NCBI GenBank assembly: GCA_046757745.1
Contig: JBHHYW010000001.1
Location: 1 to 52,579 of the forward strand
Source of the DNA: Candidatus Scalindua sp.
GTDB lineage: Bacteria > Planctomycetota > Brocadiia > Brocadiales > Scalinduaceae
Length of the DNA stretch: 52,579 nucleotides
Reading direction: 5' to 3'
Shown: in pieces, positions 1 through 8,424 of the stretch
Layout: the number at the start of each line of letters is the position of its first letter
Numbering within the stretch: the stretch's first letter is position 1
Notes under the pieces: model-generated
Database searches by the model: none
What the model was told of the DNA's origin: nothing
The model's input: the letters and a program-made list of their open reading frames with translations, nothing else
Position numbers and translations under genes: made by a program

Positions 1-2
1 CA

Positions 3-137
3 CAAGAAGCTTTAGACAATATAAAAGATGCTGCTGAGATATATATAGAGGATATGATAGATGCAGGAGAGGACCTTCCCGCACCTTCAGATGAAGTAGA
101 ACTCATAGACGCGCCTGCTATAGCAGTCTCATTATGA
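3..137 (+). CDS. hicB: HicB-family antitoxin, C-terminal part (5' end outside window)
   Basis: Manual translation QEALDNIKDAAEIYIEDMIDAGEDLPAPSDEVELIDAPAIAVSL* matches the HicB 'EALxNIxxAIxxYIE' helix. Its stop overlaps the hicA start (ATGA at 134-137). Confidence 0.85.
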   Translation, partial: QEALDNIKDAAEIYIEDMIDAGEDLPAPSDEVELIDAPAIAVSL

Positions 138-373
138 TACATAGACTCAGAAATACTTCTGTTAGAGAACTCATTAGGGCCCTTGAGCAGGATGGATTCA
201 AATACAGAAGGCGCAAAGGAAGTCAAAGGGTTTATCGCCATCTTGACGGACGCCGTGTTGTCATTCATTATCATCATGCAAAAGACACCTTACCTCCCGG
301 AACTCTTAAAAGTTTTCTCAGTGGAACAAAATGGAATGAAGACGATCTTAAACGTCTCAAACTAATCAATTAA
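134..373 (+). CDS. hicA: HicA-family mRNA interferase toxin (GSH motif changed to GSQ)
   Basis: 79 aa basic protein with ELIRALEQDGF..RRKGSQRVYRH..GRRVVI and TLPPGTLKS motifs, coupled to hicB. Confidence 0.88.
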   Translation: MIHRLRNTSVRELIRALEQDGFKYRRRKGSQRVYRHLDGRRVVIHYHHAKDTLPPGTLKSFLSGTKWNEDDLKRLKLIN

Positions 374-406
374 ATTTCCTTTCCTTTTGCCAATATTCGA
401 GATTCA

Positions 407-435
407 TGACAGACATTGTTAATTATTGCCTGTCA
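407..435. repeat. Inverted repeat TGACAGACA...TGCCTGTCA between convergent genes, followed by degenerate TGACTAA-type units
   Basis: 8/9 bp arm match read directly. A similar TGACAG-N13-CTGTCA occurs at 52351-52375. Confidence 0.5.
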
Positions 436-767
436 AAAATTGACTAATGACGCCTGACTATATCAGCTAAATGACAGCCCGCCCCCGCCAGTTATTAGGA
501 TGTGCATGGGCGCGAAGGGGCTAGGGTGCTTAGGAGAATTCACTTATTGCTCCTTAGTAAAAGCCATGGTTCTGGTTTATTTATCATGTTGACTAGCTTA
601 CCTATAATGTGGTCGAAACTATTGTACAATTCTTGACCGGTCTCACTTGACAAATAGTTACATTTAACAGAAAAGCGAATCCACACTTGAGTCTCCGCTG
701 CCTCCGCTTCGGCATCATTTAATTTACTCACAAAAGCTGCCTCGTAACGACGCTTTCTCCATGCTTT

Positions 768-1022
768 TTACCCTGTTAAATAAGATTTGAGCCTACGTTT
801 CAAGAACATTTTCCCATGATACGTCATAAAATACTTTTCTTTTCTAATTGAATCATCTTTACTAAGACATGCTTCATAGTATATCAATTTAAAAGGTCTT
901 CTATCTTTTGTGGATTCAACAATGCCTTTGTTATGCTGCTCAAATCTTAGCTTGAGGTTTTTAGTAAAACCTGTATAGAACTCCTTATCTTTCACGCTCT
1001 GTAGAATGTATGTATAAAACAC
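768..1022 (-). CDS. Stand-alone GIY-YIG nuclease (84 aa)
   Basis: GTG start at 1022; FYTYILQS..KEFYTGFTKNLKLRFEQHNKG..STKDRRPFKLIYYE..RKEKY. The 39 extra N-terminal residues in the ORF track run across the element end into the split host gene. Confidence 0.92.
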   Translation of the reverse strand: MFYTYILQSVKDKEFYTGFTKNLKLRFEQHNKGIVESTKDRRPFKLIYYEACLSKDDSIRKEKYFMTYHGKMFLKRRLKSYLTG

Positions 1023-1051
1023 TTTCAATCCAAAGCTATTTAACAGGGCAA
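768..1051 (-). mobile_element. Minimal inverted-repeat-bounded element carrying a GIY-YIG nuclease
   Basis: Ends are TTACCCTGTTAAATA (768-782) and TATTTAACAGGGCAA (1037-1051), a 14/15 inverted match. They coincide with the breakpoints of the four-helix-bundle gene. Confidence 0.85.
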
Positions 1052-1201
1052 GCGTTAGAACACACAGAACGGGATGATCGACATATTTGATCAGTAAGTG
1101 AGTATATCTCTTCACGAGGAAACTTTTTGGATACATCAAAAATCTTCATTGCAGCATCAAACGCCAGTTTGTAAACCTCCAACTCTTCATGACTTTGTAT
1201 C

Positions 1202-1241
1202 ACCTCTGCTCCCCCTCTCCTTTGCTCCTAAGCCCTCCTTC
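1202..1241. repeat. Octamer-periodic C/T-rich low-complexity tract upstream of the four-helix-bundle gene; inverted partner at ~503-537
   Basis: Units such as cctctgct/ccccctct/cctttgct/cctaagcc. CTCCTAAGC (1225-1233) is the exact reverse complement of GCTTAGGAG (528-536). Confidence 0.6.
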
Positions 1242-1287
1242 CTTCCTTCTCTCTTCTGTTTACCCCCAATGCCTCCTTGCGGTTAAG

Positions 1288-1302
1288 TCCCGCTTTGCGG
1301 GA
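1288..1302. repeat. Short GC-rich palindrome TCCCGC-TTT-GCGGGA (REP-like)
   Basis: Perfect 6 bp stem with 3 nt loop. Confidence 0.55.
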
Positions 1303-1342
1303 GAAAGCAGCGTGCCGCCACGGTGCAAGGAATGGGGGCCTT

Positions 1343-1377
1343 CTACCTACTAATGATTGCCTACTGCTTACTGCATA
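1343..1377. repeat. Degenerate heptamer tandem array (CTGCYTA-like)
   Basis: ctaccta ctaatga ttgccta ctgctta ctgcata. Confidence 0.65.
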
Positions 1378-1405
1378 TTGTTTGCCATGCGGCGCATACT
1401 TGATG

Positions 1406-2029
1406 TTAATATGATTTCTTTATGATGACGAGCTTGATAAGCGTTTTAAAGATTATGGATAGATCTAAGATAAGTGAAGAGCGCTTAAGATATTCTTTAG
1501 CCAAACGAATCTTTTCTGGTAGAATTCTACAGACGTATTCTTTTTCAGGCTCTTTAGTTTTCCCGAGAATACTTGTCTCATCTCGATACTTGAGAGAAGC
1601 AAGATCCGTAATCCCAGGCCTAACCATTAAGACTTCCTCATACTCCTTCTGAAATATTTCAACATACTGTAACAACTCAGGACGTGGACCCACAAAGCTC
1701 ATATCACCCTTTAGTACATTAAAAAACTGAGGTAATTCATCAATCTTCGTCTTTCTCAAGAATCTTCCAATCTTAGTAATTCGTGTATCACTTCCTGTAG
1801 TAATAGGAAGTCCTATCTTTGGGGCATCCATAACCATTGATCTAAATTTGTAAAGATTAAAAGGTTTAAAGTTTTTGCCTATACGTACCTGGGTGAATAA
1901 CACTGTACCTTTACTCTCTATCTTTATAAGAATTGACACCATTACAAAAAGAGGTATAAATACAATTAGACCAATAAATGAAAAATAAATGTCAAACAAA
2001 CGTTTTATGCATTGCTTGTAAAGCTTTAT
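1406..2029 (-). CDS. Monotopic phosphoglycosyltransferase (bacterial sugar transferase, PglC/WbaP C-terminal type)
   Basis: KRLFDI, YKFRSM, DTRITKIGRFLRKTKIDELPQFFNVLKGDMSFVGPRP. Homology extends 10 codons upstream of the tracked TTG to an ATA at 2029, so the start is uncertain. Confidence 0.93.
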   Translation of the reverse strand: MKLYKQCIKRLFDIYFSFIGLIVFIPLFVMVSILIKIESKGTVLFTQVRIGKNFKPFNLYKFRSMVMDAPKIGLPITTGSDTRITKIGRFLRKTKIDELPQFFNVLKGDMSFVGPRPELLQYVEIFQKEYEEVLMVRPGITDLASLKYRDETSILGKTKEPEKEYVCRILPEKIRLAKEYLKRSSLILDLSIIFKTLIKLVIIKKSY

Positions 2030-2310
2030 CGCATTACCTCTCTGATGTTTTGAATAACATAATCAACCTGTTCATCAGTCATAGCAGAAAATATCGGAAG
2101 GCACACACATCTTTGATAAATCCACTCAGCATTAGGAAACATTTCAGGTTTTAATCTATACCGTTACCTATAATATGTTATACGATGAATCGGTTTATAA
2201 GGATCTATAATCGTGTAACTAAATACCATGAATAGTTTTCCATAGCACAATGGATTCTGTGAAGGATAAGTCTTGGAATATCTCTTAAGGATTCATAATA
2301 TGCCTTTTGA
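2026..2310 (-). pseudogene. DegT/DnrJ/EryC1/StrS sugar aminotransferase, C-terminal remnant
   Basis: Manual translation gives AYYESLRDIPRLIL..ENYSWYL, then after an internal deletion YKPIHRITYYR*RYRLKPEMFPNAEWIYQRCVCLPIFSAMTDEQVDYVIQNIREVMR*. Confidence 0.85.
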
Positions 2311-2363
2311 ACAAACTGTAACTATTAATTATTGAATACTGTCTACCCTGTACCGTTTGGTTC

Positions 2364-2440
2364 ATAATCTACCACTTTCCACCTTCAACCTATAACCTCA
2401 TAATGGCCAACGACTTAATGACAGCTTAGCGCAATGACCA
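2364..2440. repeat. Two adjacent degenerate heptamer arrays
   Basis: ataatct accactt tccacct tcaacct ataacct, then aatggcc aacgact aatgaca ... aatgacc. Confidence 0.55.
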
Positions 2441-2541
2441 ATTTGTCCAACGTACTTTTTGGTGGGCCTGCCCGACGGGTTGTTTGGCGAGTGACGAATA
2501 ACTAGAATTTTATTTAACCAGGGGGTTGTCCCTATGTTTAC

Positions 2542-4356
2542 TTATAACTCAATAATTGGTTTGATTCTTTTACATTCAACATTTAAGTCTTTACATATTT
2601 CGTAAATACCTTGAATATTATCTTCGTCCACAGAAAGAATAGAAATAAAAACTTTTTTTATTCCCCTTTCTTTTACAATTGAAGGTATATCTTCTCTTGT
2701 ACCTAATACCTTCAGCCCATGGATTATCTTTCTTTTCATCCTTAAATTATCATCAATAAATCCTATTGGTGTACAATTAATTCTTGGATTATTTTTAATT
2801 TCACGAACTAGTAATTCACCTCCACCACCTGCACCAACAATGAGTACTGGCAATTTACTATCCTTATCGGCAACAGTAAAAAAATATTCCTTGAATGCTC
2901 TGACAAAAACTCTTACGCCCCCTACCATTAATAGCGTCAAAACATAATCACTCATAAATACTGCCCTGGAGTATCCTTCAAATCTATATAAAACAAATAT
3001 AACTGTCACGCAAAGTAATGAACCTAAAGAAACGCTTTTAAAAACTCGAATCATATCATTTATTCCAGCATATCTCCATTCTCCCTTATAAAGCCCAAAA
3101 ATGTTAAACACGATCACTTTTATTAATATTATAATCGGTAGGGATGTTTCAATTAATCTTAAATTATGTTCAGAAAGAATTCCCTCATACCTTAGAAGAT
3201 AGGCTGAAATATAAGCTATGGTGATTACAACTATATCAACAAGTATCTGTAAAAATTGCTTTTTATAAAGAATAACCGAATTAAATAAGCTTTTTCGTTG
3301 AATAAATTCCTTGCGTCTTTCTGCATGTACTTCAATTCTCCGGGAAGTTTTCTTACGTCTTTCTGCATATACTTTAATTCCACCCAGAAAAATGCCAAAT
3401 AACAAAAGACAAACAGTCAAAATACCGAAAATGATAAGAGGAGCAAAAAAACCTAAACTTGATAATAAGATAATGACGATACCAAAAAAAAGGCTAAGCC
3501 CCATCAACATGAGTACAGCCTTTTTCTCAGACAATCCCAGGAGGACCAACCTGTGAGAGGTATGATCTTTACCTCCTTGAGAAACAGAACGTCCATAGGT
3601 CTTTCGATAAAAAGTAACTAAAGCGGTATCAAAAATAGGTATTACCAAGATAAACAATGGAACCATTATTACGAATAATAGATTTGTAGCTTCCTGCCAG
3701 GTTCCAAGAATAGTAACAACTGACAAAAGAAAACCTAGTAATAAGCTTCCACAATCTCCCATGAAAATCTTGGCTGGATTAAAATTAAATATCAAGAAAC
3801 TAAGTGTGGACCCTGAAATAATGGAAGAATATAAAGCAACTAAAGGAAGCTTGTTTTGAACAGCATATAAAAATATACAAGATGAAGAAACAAAGGCGAT
3901 TCCACATGACAGTCCATCCATATTGTCTAGAATATTAAAAGCATTAGTAATACCCACAATCCAGAAGACTGTTAAAGGAATGGCAATGAAAGCAAATGGG
4001 ATGATTTCTATCCTTATCCCAAAAAAAATCATTACAATGGTTAAAACAACTTGAAAAGTAAATTTCAAATATGGTTTTACTTCTCTAAGGTCGTCATACA
4101 ACCCTAAACCAAATATAGCTGTAACACAAAGAAGAACGCCCATGGTTAATTTATTTAGAGGAATAAAAATTAATGCAGGGATTATAAAGGATAAAAAAAT
4201 CCCAACACCACCCAAAAGTGCTGTAGGTTTCTTATGCCATCGATCTTCTTTAGGTATAGCTACATAACCATATCTACGTGAATACTTAATAATTAAAGGA
4301 ATTATAGATATCACAATGAAAAATGAAGTAAGAAAAGGAATTATATATCCTTTCAT
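2542..4356 (-). CDS. WecA/TagO/MraY-family polyprenyl-phosphate HexNAc-1-P transferase fused to a CapD/PglF-like membrane plus Rossmann (CoA-binding-like) region
   Basis: N-part: GLYDD, NAFNILDNMDGL, PAKIFMGDCGS, GGKDHTSHRL. C-part: DIVVITIAYISAYLLRYE, FGLYKGEWRY, VLIVGAGGGG, GFIDDN, IHGLKVLG. Confidence 0.9.
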   Translation of the reverse strand: MKGYIIPFLTSFFIVISIIPLIIKYSRRYGYVAIPKEDRWHKKPTALLGGVGIFLSFIIPALIFIPLNKLTMGVLLCVTAIFGLGLYDDLREVKPYLKFTFQVVLTIVMIFFGIRIEIIPFAFIAIPLTVFWIVGITNAFNILDNMDGLSCGIAFVSSSCIFLYAVQNKLPLVALYSSIISGSTLSFLIFNFNPAKIFMGDCGSLLLGFLLSVVTILGTWQEATNLLFVIMVPLFILVIPIFDTALVTFYRKTYGRSVSQGGKDHTSHRLVLLGLSEKKAVLMLMGLSLFFGIVIILLSSLGFFAPLIIFGILTVCLLLFGIFLGGIKVYAERRKKTSRRIEVHAERRKEFIQRKSLFNSVILYKKQFLQILVDIVVITIAYISAYLLRYEGILSEHNLRLIETSLPIIILIKVIVFNIFGLYKGEWRYAGINDMIRVFKSVSLGSLLCVTVIFVLYRFEGYSRAVFMSDYVLTLLMVGGVRVFVRAFKEYFFTVADKDSKLPVLIVGAGGGGELLVREIKNNPRINCTPIGFIDDNLRMKRKIIHGLKVLGTREDIPSIVKERGIKKVFISILSVDEDNIQGIYEICKDLNVECKRIKPIIEL

Positions 4357-4456
4357 GAGACACCTTTTCCAATCACCCGCAGAGCTCTACTGAACTTTAA
4401 AAAGCATTCTAACAAAATTATTTTAACGGTTTCACTATTCTGCAATATAAAACCCC

Positions 4457-5434
4457 TTACCCCCTCACCCGATTATACTCGATAACCTTCTCAAGAATAC
4501 CATCCAAGTTTGTTGTTGGCTTCCAACCAATCAATTTTTCTACCTTTACTATAGATGGAACCCTCCTTTGCATGTCCTCAAAGTCCTTTGTGTAAGCCTC
4601 ATCGTAAGGAACAAATATTATTTCAGAAGTGGAACTGGTTAACTTCTTTACTCTTTCTGCCAAATTATTTATAGTTATTTCCTCAGCACCTCCAATGTTT
4701 ATTACTTCTCCTATTGCATCCGAACATTCAATCAGCTTTGTTATTGCCTCAACAACATCTTCTGCATAGGTAAACGTCCTTGTCTGAGTACCGTCACCAT
4801 AAACAGTAATAGGCTCATTCCTCAGTGCCTGTTGAACAAACCTTGGTATCACCATACCATATCTCCCCGTTTGTCTTGGACCAACTGTATTAAATAACCT
4901 GATTATAATCACTTCCAACTTTTTGGTTCTGTAATAGGCAAGTGCAGTAAATTCATCCATCAATTTCGCAGCAGCATATGACCACCGGAATTTCGTCGAT
5001 GGGCCATATATTATATTATCTGTTTCAACCAAAGGAGAGTGATTATGTTTGCCGTACACTTCAGATGTAGAAGCAATCAACATCTTTTTTCTAAATTTGT
5101 TACAAATCTCTAGTACTATTTCAGTCCCCCTAATATTAGTAGTAATTGATGACAAAGGATTCTCAAGAATATATTGTACTCCTACAGCTGCAGCCATATG
5201 AATAATCACATCACAAATTCCTACAAGATCTGAAACAACTTTATAGTTTATGATGTTATCAATTGTTATAAACAATCTATCCTTATATTTTTCATCTTCT
5301 TGAAGATGTTTTATATTATCCAACGTACCTGTAGTTAAATCATCAATTATATAAACATCATCTCCACGCTCTAAATATTTTTCAGCAAGATGTGAACCGA
5401 TAAATCCTGCACCACCTGTTATTAATACCTTCAC
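4457..5434 (-). CDS. NAD-dependent nucleotide-sugar epimerase/dehydratase (extended SDR)
   Basis: GGAGFIGSH, ASTSEVYG, YAAAK (YxxxK), FNTVGPRQ, GDGTQTRTF. Confidence 0.93.
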   Translation of the reverse strand: MKVLITGGAGFIGSHLAEKYLERGDDVYIIDDLTTGTLDNIKHLQEDEKYKDRLFITIDNIINYKVVSDLVGICDVIIHMAAAVGVQYILENPLSSITTNIRGTEIVLEICNKFRKKMLIASTSEVYGKHNHSPLVETDNIIYGPSTKFRWSYAAAKLMDEFTALAYYRTKKLEVIIIRLFNTVGPRQTGRYGMVIPRFVQQALRNEPITVYGDGTQTRTFTYAEDVVEAITKLIECSDAIGEVINIGGAEEITINNLAERVKKLTSSTSEIIFVPYDEAYTKDFEDMQRRVPSIVKVEKLIGWKPTTNLDGILEKVIEYNRVRG

Positions 5435-5495
5435 GATAATATCCTTTCCTTTTCCTTTCTTATAGACTGCATTATAAAAAGTATTTTTTAGAGTT

Positions 5496-6716
5496 TCATG
5501 TAATTACACGTTCTAGCACAGCAAGCATATTCTTAGCCTGACTTTTCCGACTGTAACTTGATGAAGCTTTTCGGCTGTGAACAGCAAATTGTCTAAGCCT
5601 TTCTTTATCTTTCTTAAGTATTATAATTGCATCTGACAGAGCTTCTGGGTTTTCAGGCGGTACCCACATTCCGGTATTTTCTTCTTCTACAATCTTGCTA
5701 GCTTCTCCTTTAGGAGCCGCCAGTAACAAGGGCAAACCCACACCCATAGATTCAAATATTTTTGATGGAATTACCGTTTTAAACAATGGCGTGTTTTTTA
5801 GATGAATTAAAGATACATCACAAATACTCCAGTAAGCACTTATTCTAGCTTTTGGTTGAGATGGAACAAAGACCACATTCTTAAGCTTACGCCTGTTAGT
5901 TTCTTCAATTAAAGCCCTTCGTGCTGCTCCAGTTCCAACAAAAAGAAAACGTATATTTTGGAAATCACGCAAATTTTCAGCGCTATTCAAAACATTTTCT
6001 AACGCATGAGCCATGCCGAGTGTACCAATATAGCCAACAACAAAACATCCTTTCAAACCAAGTTGTTCCGATAATGAATCATCTCGTGGCCGTGGTTCAT
6101 ATCTGGATATATCAACTCCATTGAGTATAACAGAAATTTTAGATTCCCTAATTCCTCTACTTATTAAGTTCTCCTTAAATGATTCAGTAAGCACTACTAT
6201 AGACGCTGCTTGGCAATATAAGAATAATTCAAACTTTTCAATCCACCTAATAATAACATTGTCATTCATCAAACCAACGGCCGTAATACTGGCAGGCCAG
6301 AGATCAGACAACTCCAAGATAAAAGGCACATAACGTACCTTAGCCAGTGCCCATCCGCCTACAGCCGCAAAAAATTGAGGTGAGGTTGCCACAATTACAT
6401 CAGGCCCTTTCTGGAAAAGGCCGGCAAAAAATGCAGTTACCATATAGGACATAAAATCCAATGTCCGTAAGTAAAAACCTTCATTTGGAGTAATGAAAGT
6501 TTTCGTCCGAACTACCCGAATACCATCCATATACTCAACTTGATACCATTTATTATGATACCCCTTATAAATCTTTCCTTCTGGAAAATTAGGTACGCAC
6601 GTAAGCACGGTTACTTTGTGACCCCATCTGATCCAATAACATGCCCTCTCATATACACGACTTGCAATAGCATAACGTTCTGGAGGAAAGTTTTCTGTTA
6701 AAAAGAGAATGTGCAT
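5496..6716 (-). CDS. Glycosyltransferase family 4, WbuB-like
   Basis: ENFPPE, VPNFPEGKIY, VATSPQFF, DLWPASI, YIGTLGMAHAL, IPSKIFESM. Confidence 0.92.
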   Translation of the reverse strand: MHILFLTENFPPERYAIASRVYERACYWIRWGHKVTVLTCVPNFPEGKIYKGYHNKWYQVEYMDGIRVVRTKTFITPNEGFYLRTLDFMSYMVTAFFAGLFQKGPDVIVATSPQFFAAVGGWALAKVRYVPFILELSDLWPASITAVGLMNDNVIIRWIEKFELFLYCQAASIVVLTESFKENLISRGIRESKISVILNGVDISRYEPRPRDDSLSEQLGLKGCFVVGYIGTLGMAHALENVLNSAENLRDFQNIRFLFVGTGAARRALIEETNRRKLKNVVFVPSQPKARISAYWSICDVSLIHLKNTPLFKTVIPSKIFESMGVGLPLLLAAPKGEASKIVEEENTGMWVPPENPEALSDAIIILKKDKERLRQFAVHSRKASSSYSRKSQAKNMLAVLERVIT

Positions 6717-8323
6717 TATACTTGTCCAATAATCTTTACACGCAGGCTTTTATTAAAAACTATTTTCAACATTTGCCCTTCCAATAATTTATTAAATTCA
6801 GGTGCATAATGATATTTTTCTATATTAATAGAAGTCGCATTGTGTATGATTATTTTTTTATTATTACCATAAACTACATTACCATCCTTTTTTAACTGTA
6901 TTCCCGGATAAAAATGCAGATAACTATAACAGTAATACATTTTTTGGGAATCAATTTCATCAATTATTTCAACATTCTTTTTACTAAACCTCATACTCCT
7001 TCTGTGTATTGCTCCCATCCTCTTATATCCATCATGTGCAGCAGTTATTTCATTCTCTGACATCTTTACATCTTTGACATAAGCTCTTCTTCCCACTCTG
7101 AAACTTGACCAAATCTCACTTTGATCATAATTTTCTATTTTTACAGTATTATGCGCTGAGGTAGATCTCTCATATAGTCTCAAGGCACCTGGTTCATAGG
7201 TTGAAGTTCCTGTATCTACTATAAAAGGCTTATCATCTATATATAACTCAAAGTTAAAGGTGTCACTATGGGAATGAGCTGTGATATAATCAGGGCCAAT
7301 CTTACCCACATCTATTATTATTTCATAATTCGATTTAACTATCTTTTTATACCCACTGACATGCAACATATTACACTTGTAACTTCCATTCATTCTCACA
7401 CCTAACTTCTCTGCATAATCAAATAGTTGTCTTGTTGTTGGAGCAATTCCGTATGCACTATCATTAAAAAGTGGAATGTTTCCATTATTAAATGTTATAG
7501 CATTTATCCACAAAAGCATCTTCTCAACTTTTTCTACCAGTAAACCTAAAATCTCATTATCATACTTATTATTATTCTTTACCAAATTTAGACAATCAAG
7601 AAACCTGAATAAAATAATCTGGTGATACATTGGGCTAAGTTCATAATGACCACCATCATCAAGTATTTGTTCCTTTAGTTCTGATACTAATATCCTCTTA
7701 GCCTTATTATAAAGATTATAATCATCAAAATAATAAGACCCATAAAGTAATGAGAAAGCGTTTTCTAGCAGGTGGTTTCCAAGGAGATTATATTCTAAGT
7801 TATCCGATAAAATATAAATTTGAGTATAGAGTGAGGATGTTATATTTTTATCCTTAATACGGTTTTTGTTTAAAAACTTCGTCCAGTTAACGGTTCTCAA
7901 AGACGTAGGATAAGAGTCCATTCCATATTTATTATTATCTAATTGATCAATAAAATCATTTATAAGCCATAATGCATCTTTAAGACCTATATTCTGTTGA
8001 TTCAAGAAATCAAAGTAATTTAAATTGTAATTCCATAATTTGCCATATTCTAAAAAACTCCAATCTATTTTATCTCTGAATTCTTTTGACAGATTTAAAA
8101 AAGTAAAACTGTTTTTCACAAAGCTTGTCTCGCTTGGAATGGAATTATCTAATTCAATATGAATCGATTTTTTAGGAATAAGTCTTTCATATTTATGATT
8201 GGTCAATATTCTATATTTTTTTCTGATCAAATAATAAATCCTGTAATATATCTGTATCTGCCTTAAATATTTAACTGTATTTATCCACAAATAACTTTTA
8301 TGTAATAAGTCCAAAAGACACAC
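6716..8323 (-). CDS. Heparinase II/III-like protein
   Basis: LWNYNLNYFD, LEYNLLGNHLLEN, EQILDDGGHYELSPMYH, HSHSDTFNFEL, DTGTSTY, RSTSAHNTV. Confidence 0.9.
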   Translation of the reverse strand: MCLLDLLHKSYLWINTVKYLRQIQIYYRIYYLIRKKYRILTNHKYERLIPKKSIHIELDNSIPSETSFVKNSFTFLNLSKEFRDKIDWSFLEYGKLWNYNLNYFDFLNQQNIGLKDALWLINDFIDQLDNNKYGMDSYPTSLRTVNWTKFLNKNRIKDKNITSSLYTQIYILSDNLEYNLLGNHLLENAFSLLYGSYYFDDYNLYNKAKRILVSELKEQILDDGGHYELSPMYHQIILFRFLDCLNLVKNNNKYDNEILGLLVEKVEKMLLWINAITFNNGNIPLFNDSAYGIAPTTRQLFDYAEKLGVRMNGSYKCNMLHVSGYKKIVKSNYEIIIDVGKIGPDYITAHSHSDTFNFELYIDDKPFIVDTGTSTYEPGALRLYERSTSAHNTVKIENYDQSEIWSSFRVGRRAYVKDVKMSENEITAAHDGYKRMGAIHRRSMRFSKKNVEIIDEIDSQKMYYCYSYLHFYPGIQLKKDGNVVYGNNKKIIIHNATSINIEKYHYAPEFNKLLEGQMLKIVFNKSLRVKIIGQV

Positions 8324-8424
8324 TACTTAATAACGATACCAAAATCTTAAAAGTTGCTCTTATCTTTTAATGCCCTGCACTACCAAAAACCAGCCTAATC
8401 GTTTTGGAATCAGTAATTATATAA

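Larger units (their letters stand above)
540..1203 (-). pseudogene. Four helix bundle (S23/23S rRNA IVS-protein-like) gene interrupted by a GIY-YIG element
   Basis: The 5' half (1203-1052, GTG start after GGAG) translates MIQSHEELEVYKLAFDAAMKIFDVSKKFPREEIYSLTDQICRSSRSVCSN. The 3' half (767-540) translates KAWRKRRYEAAFVSKLNDAEAEAAETQVW...; together they give the family pattern. Confidence 0.93.

Noticed and set aside
183-365. 60 aa ORF inside hicA
   Set aside because: Alternative frame of a recognisable gene, with no motif.
1023-1139. N-terminal 39 aa of the tracked 123 aa GIY-YIG ORF
   Set aside because: It crosses the inverted repeat into the out-of-frame 5' half of the four-helix-bundle gene; the nuclease domain begins at GTG 1022.
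1098-1286. Pro/Leu-rich + strand ORF
   Set aside because: Antisense to the split gene and runs through a low-complexity C/T tract.
1343-2440. Periodic tracts as a possible CRISPR array
   Set aside because: 7-8 nt degenerate units with no unique spacers; no cas genes in the window.
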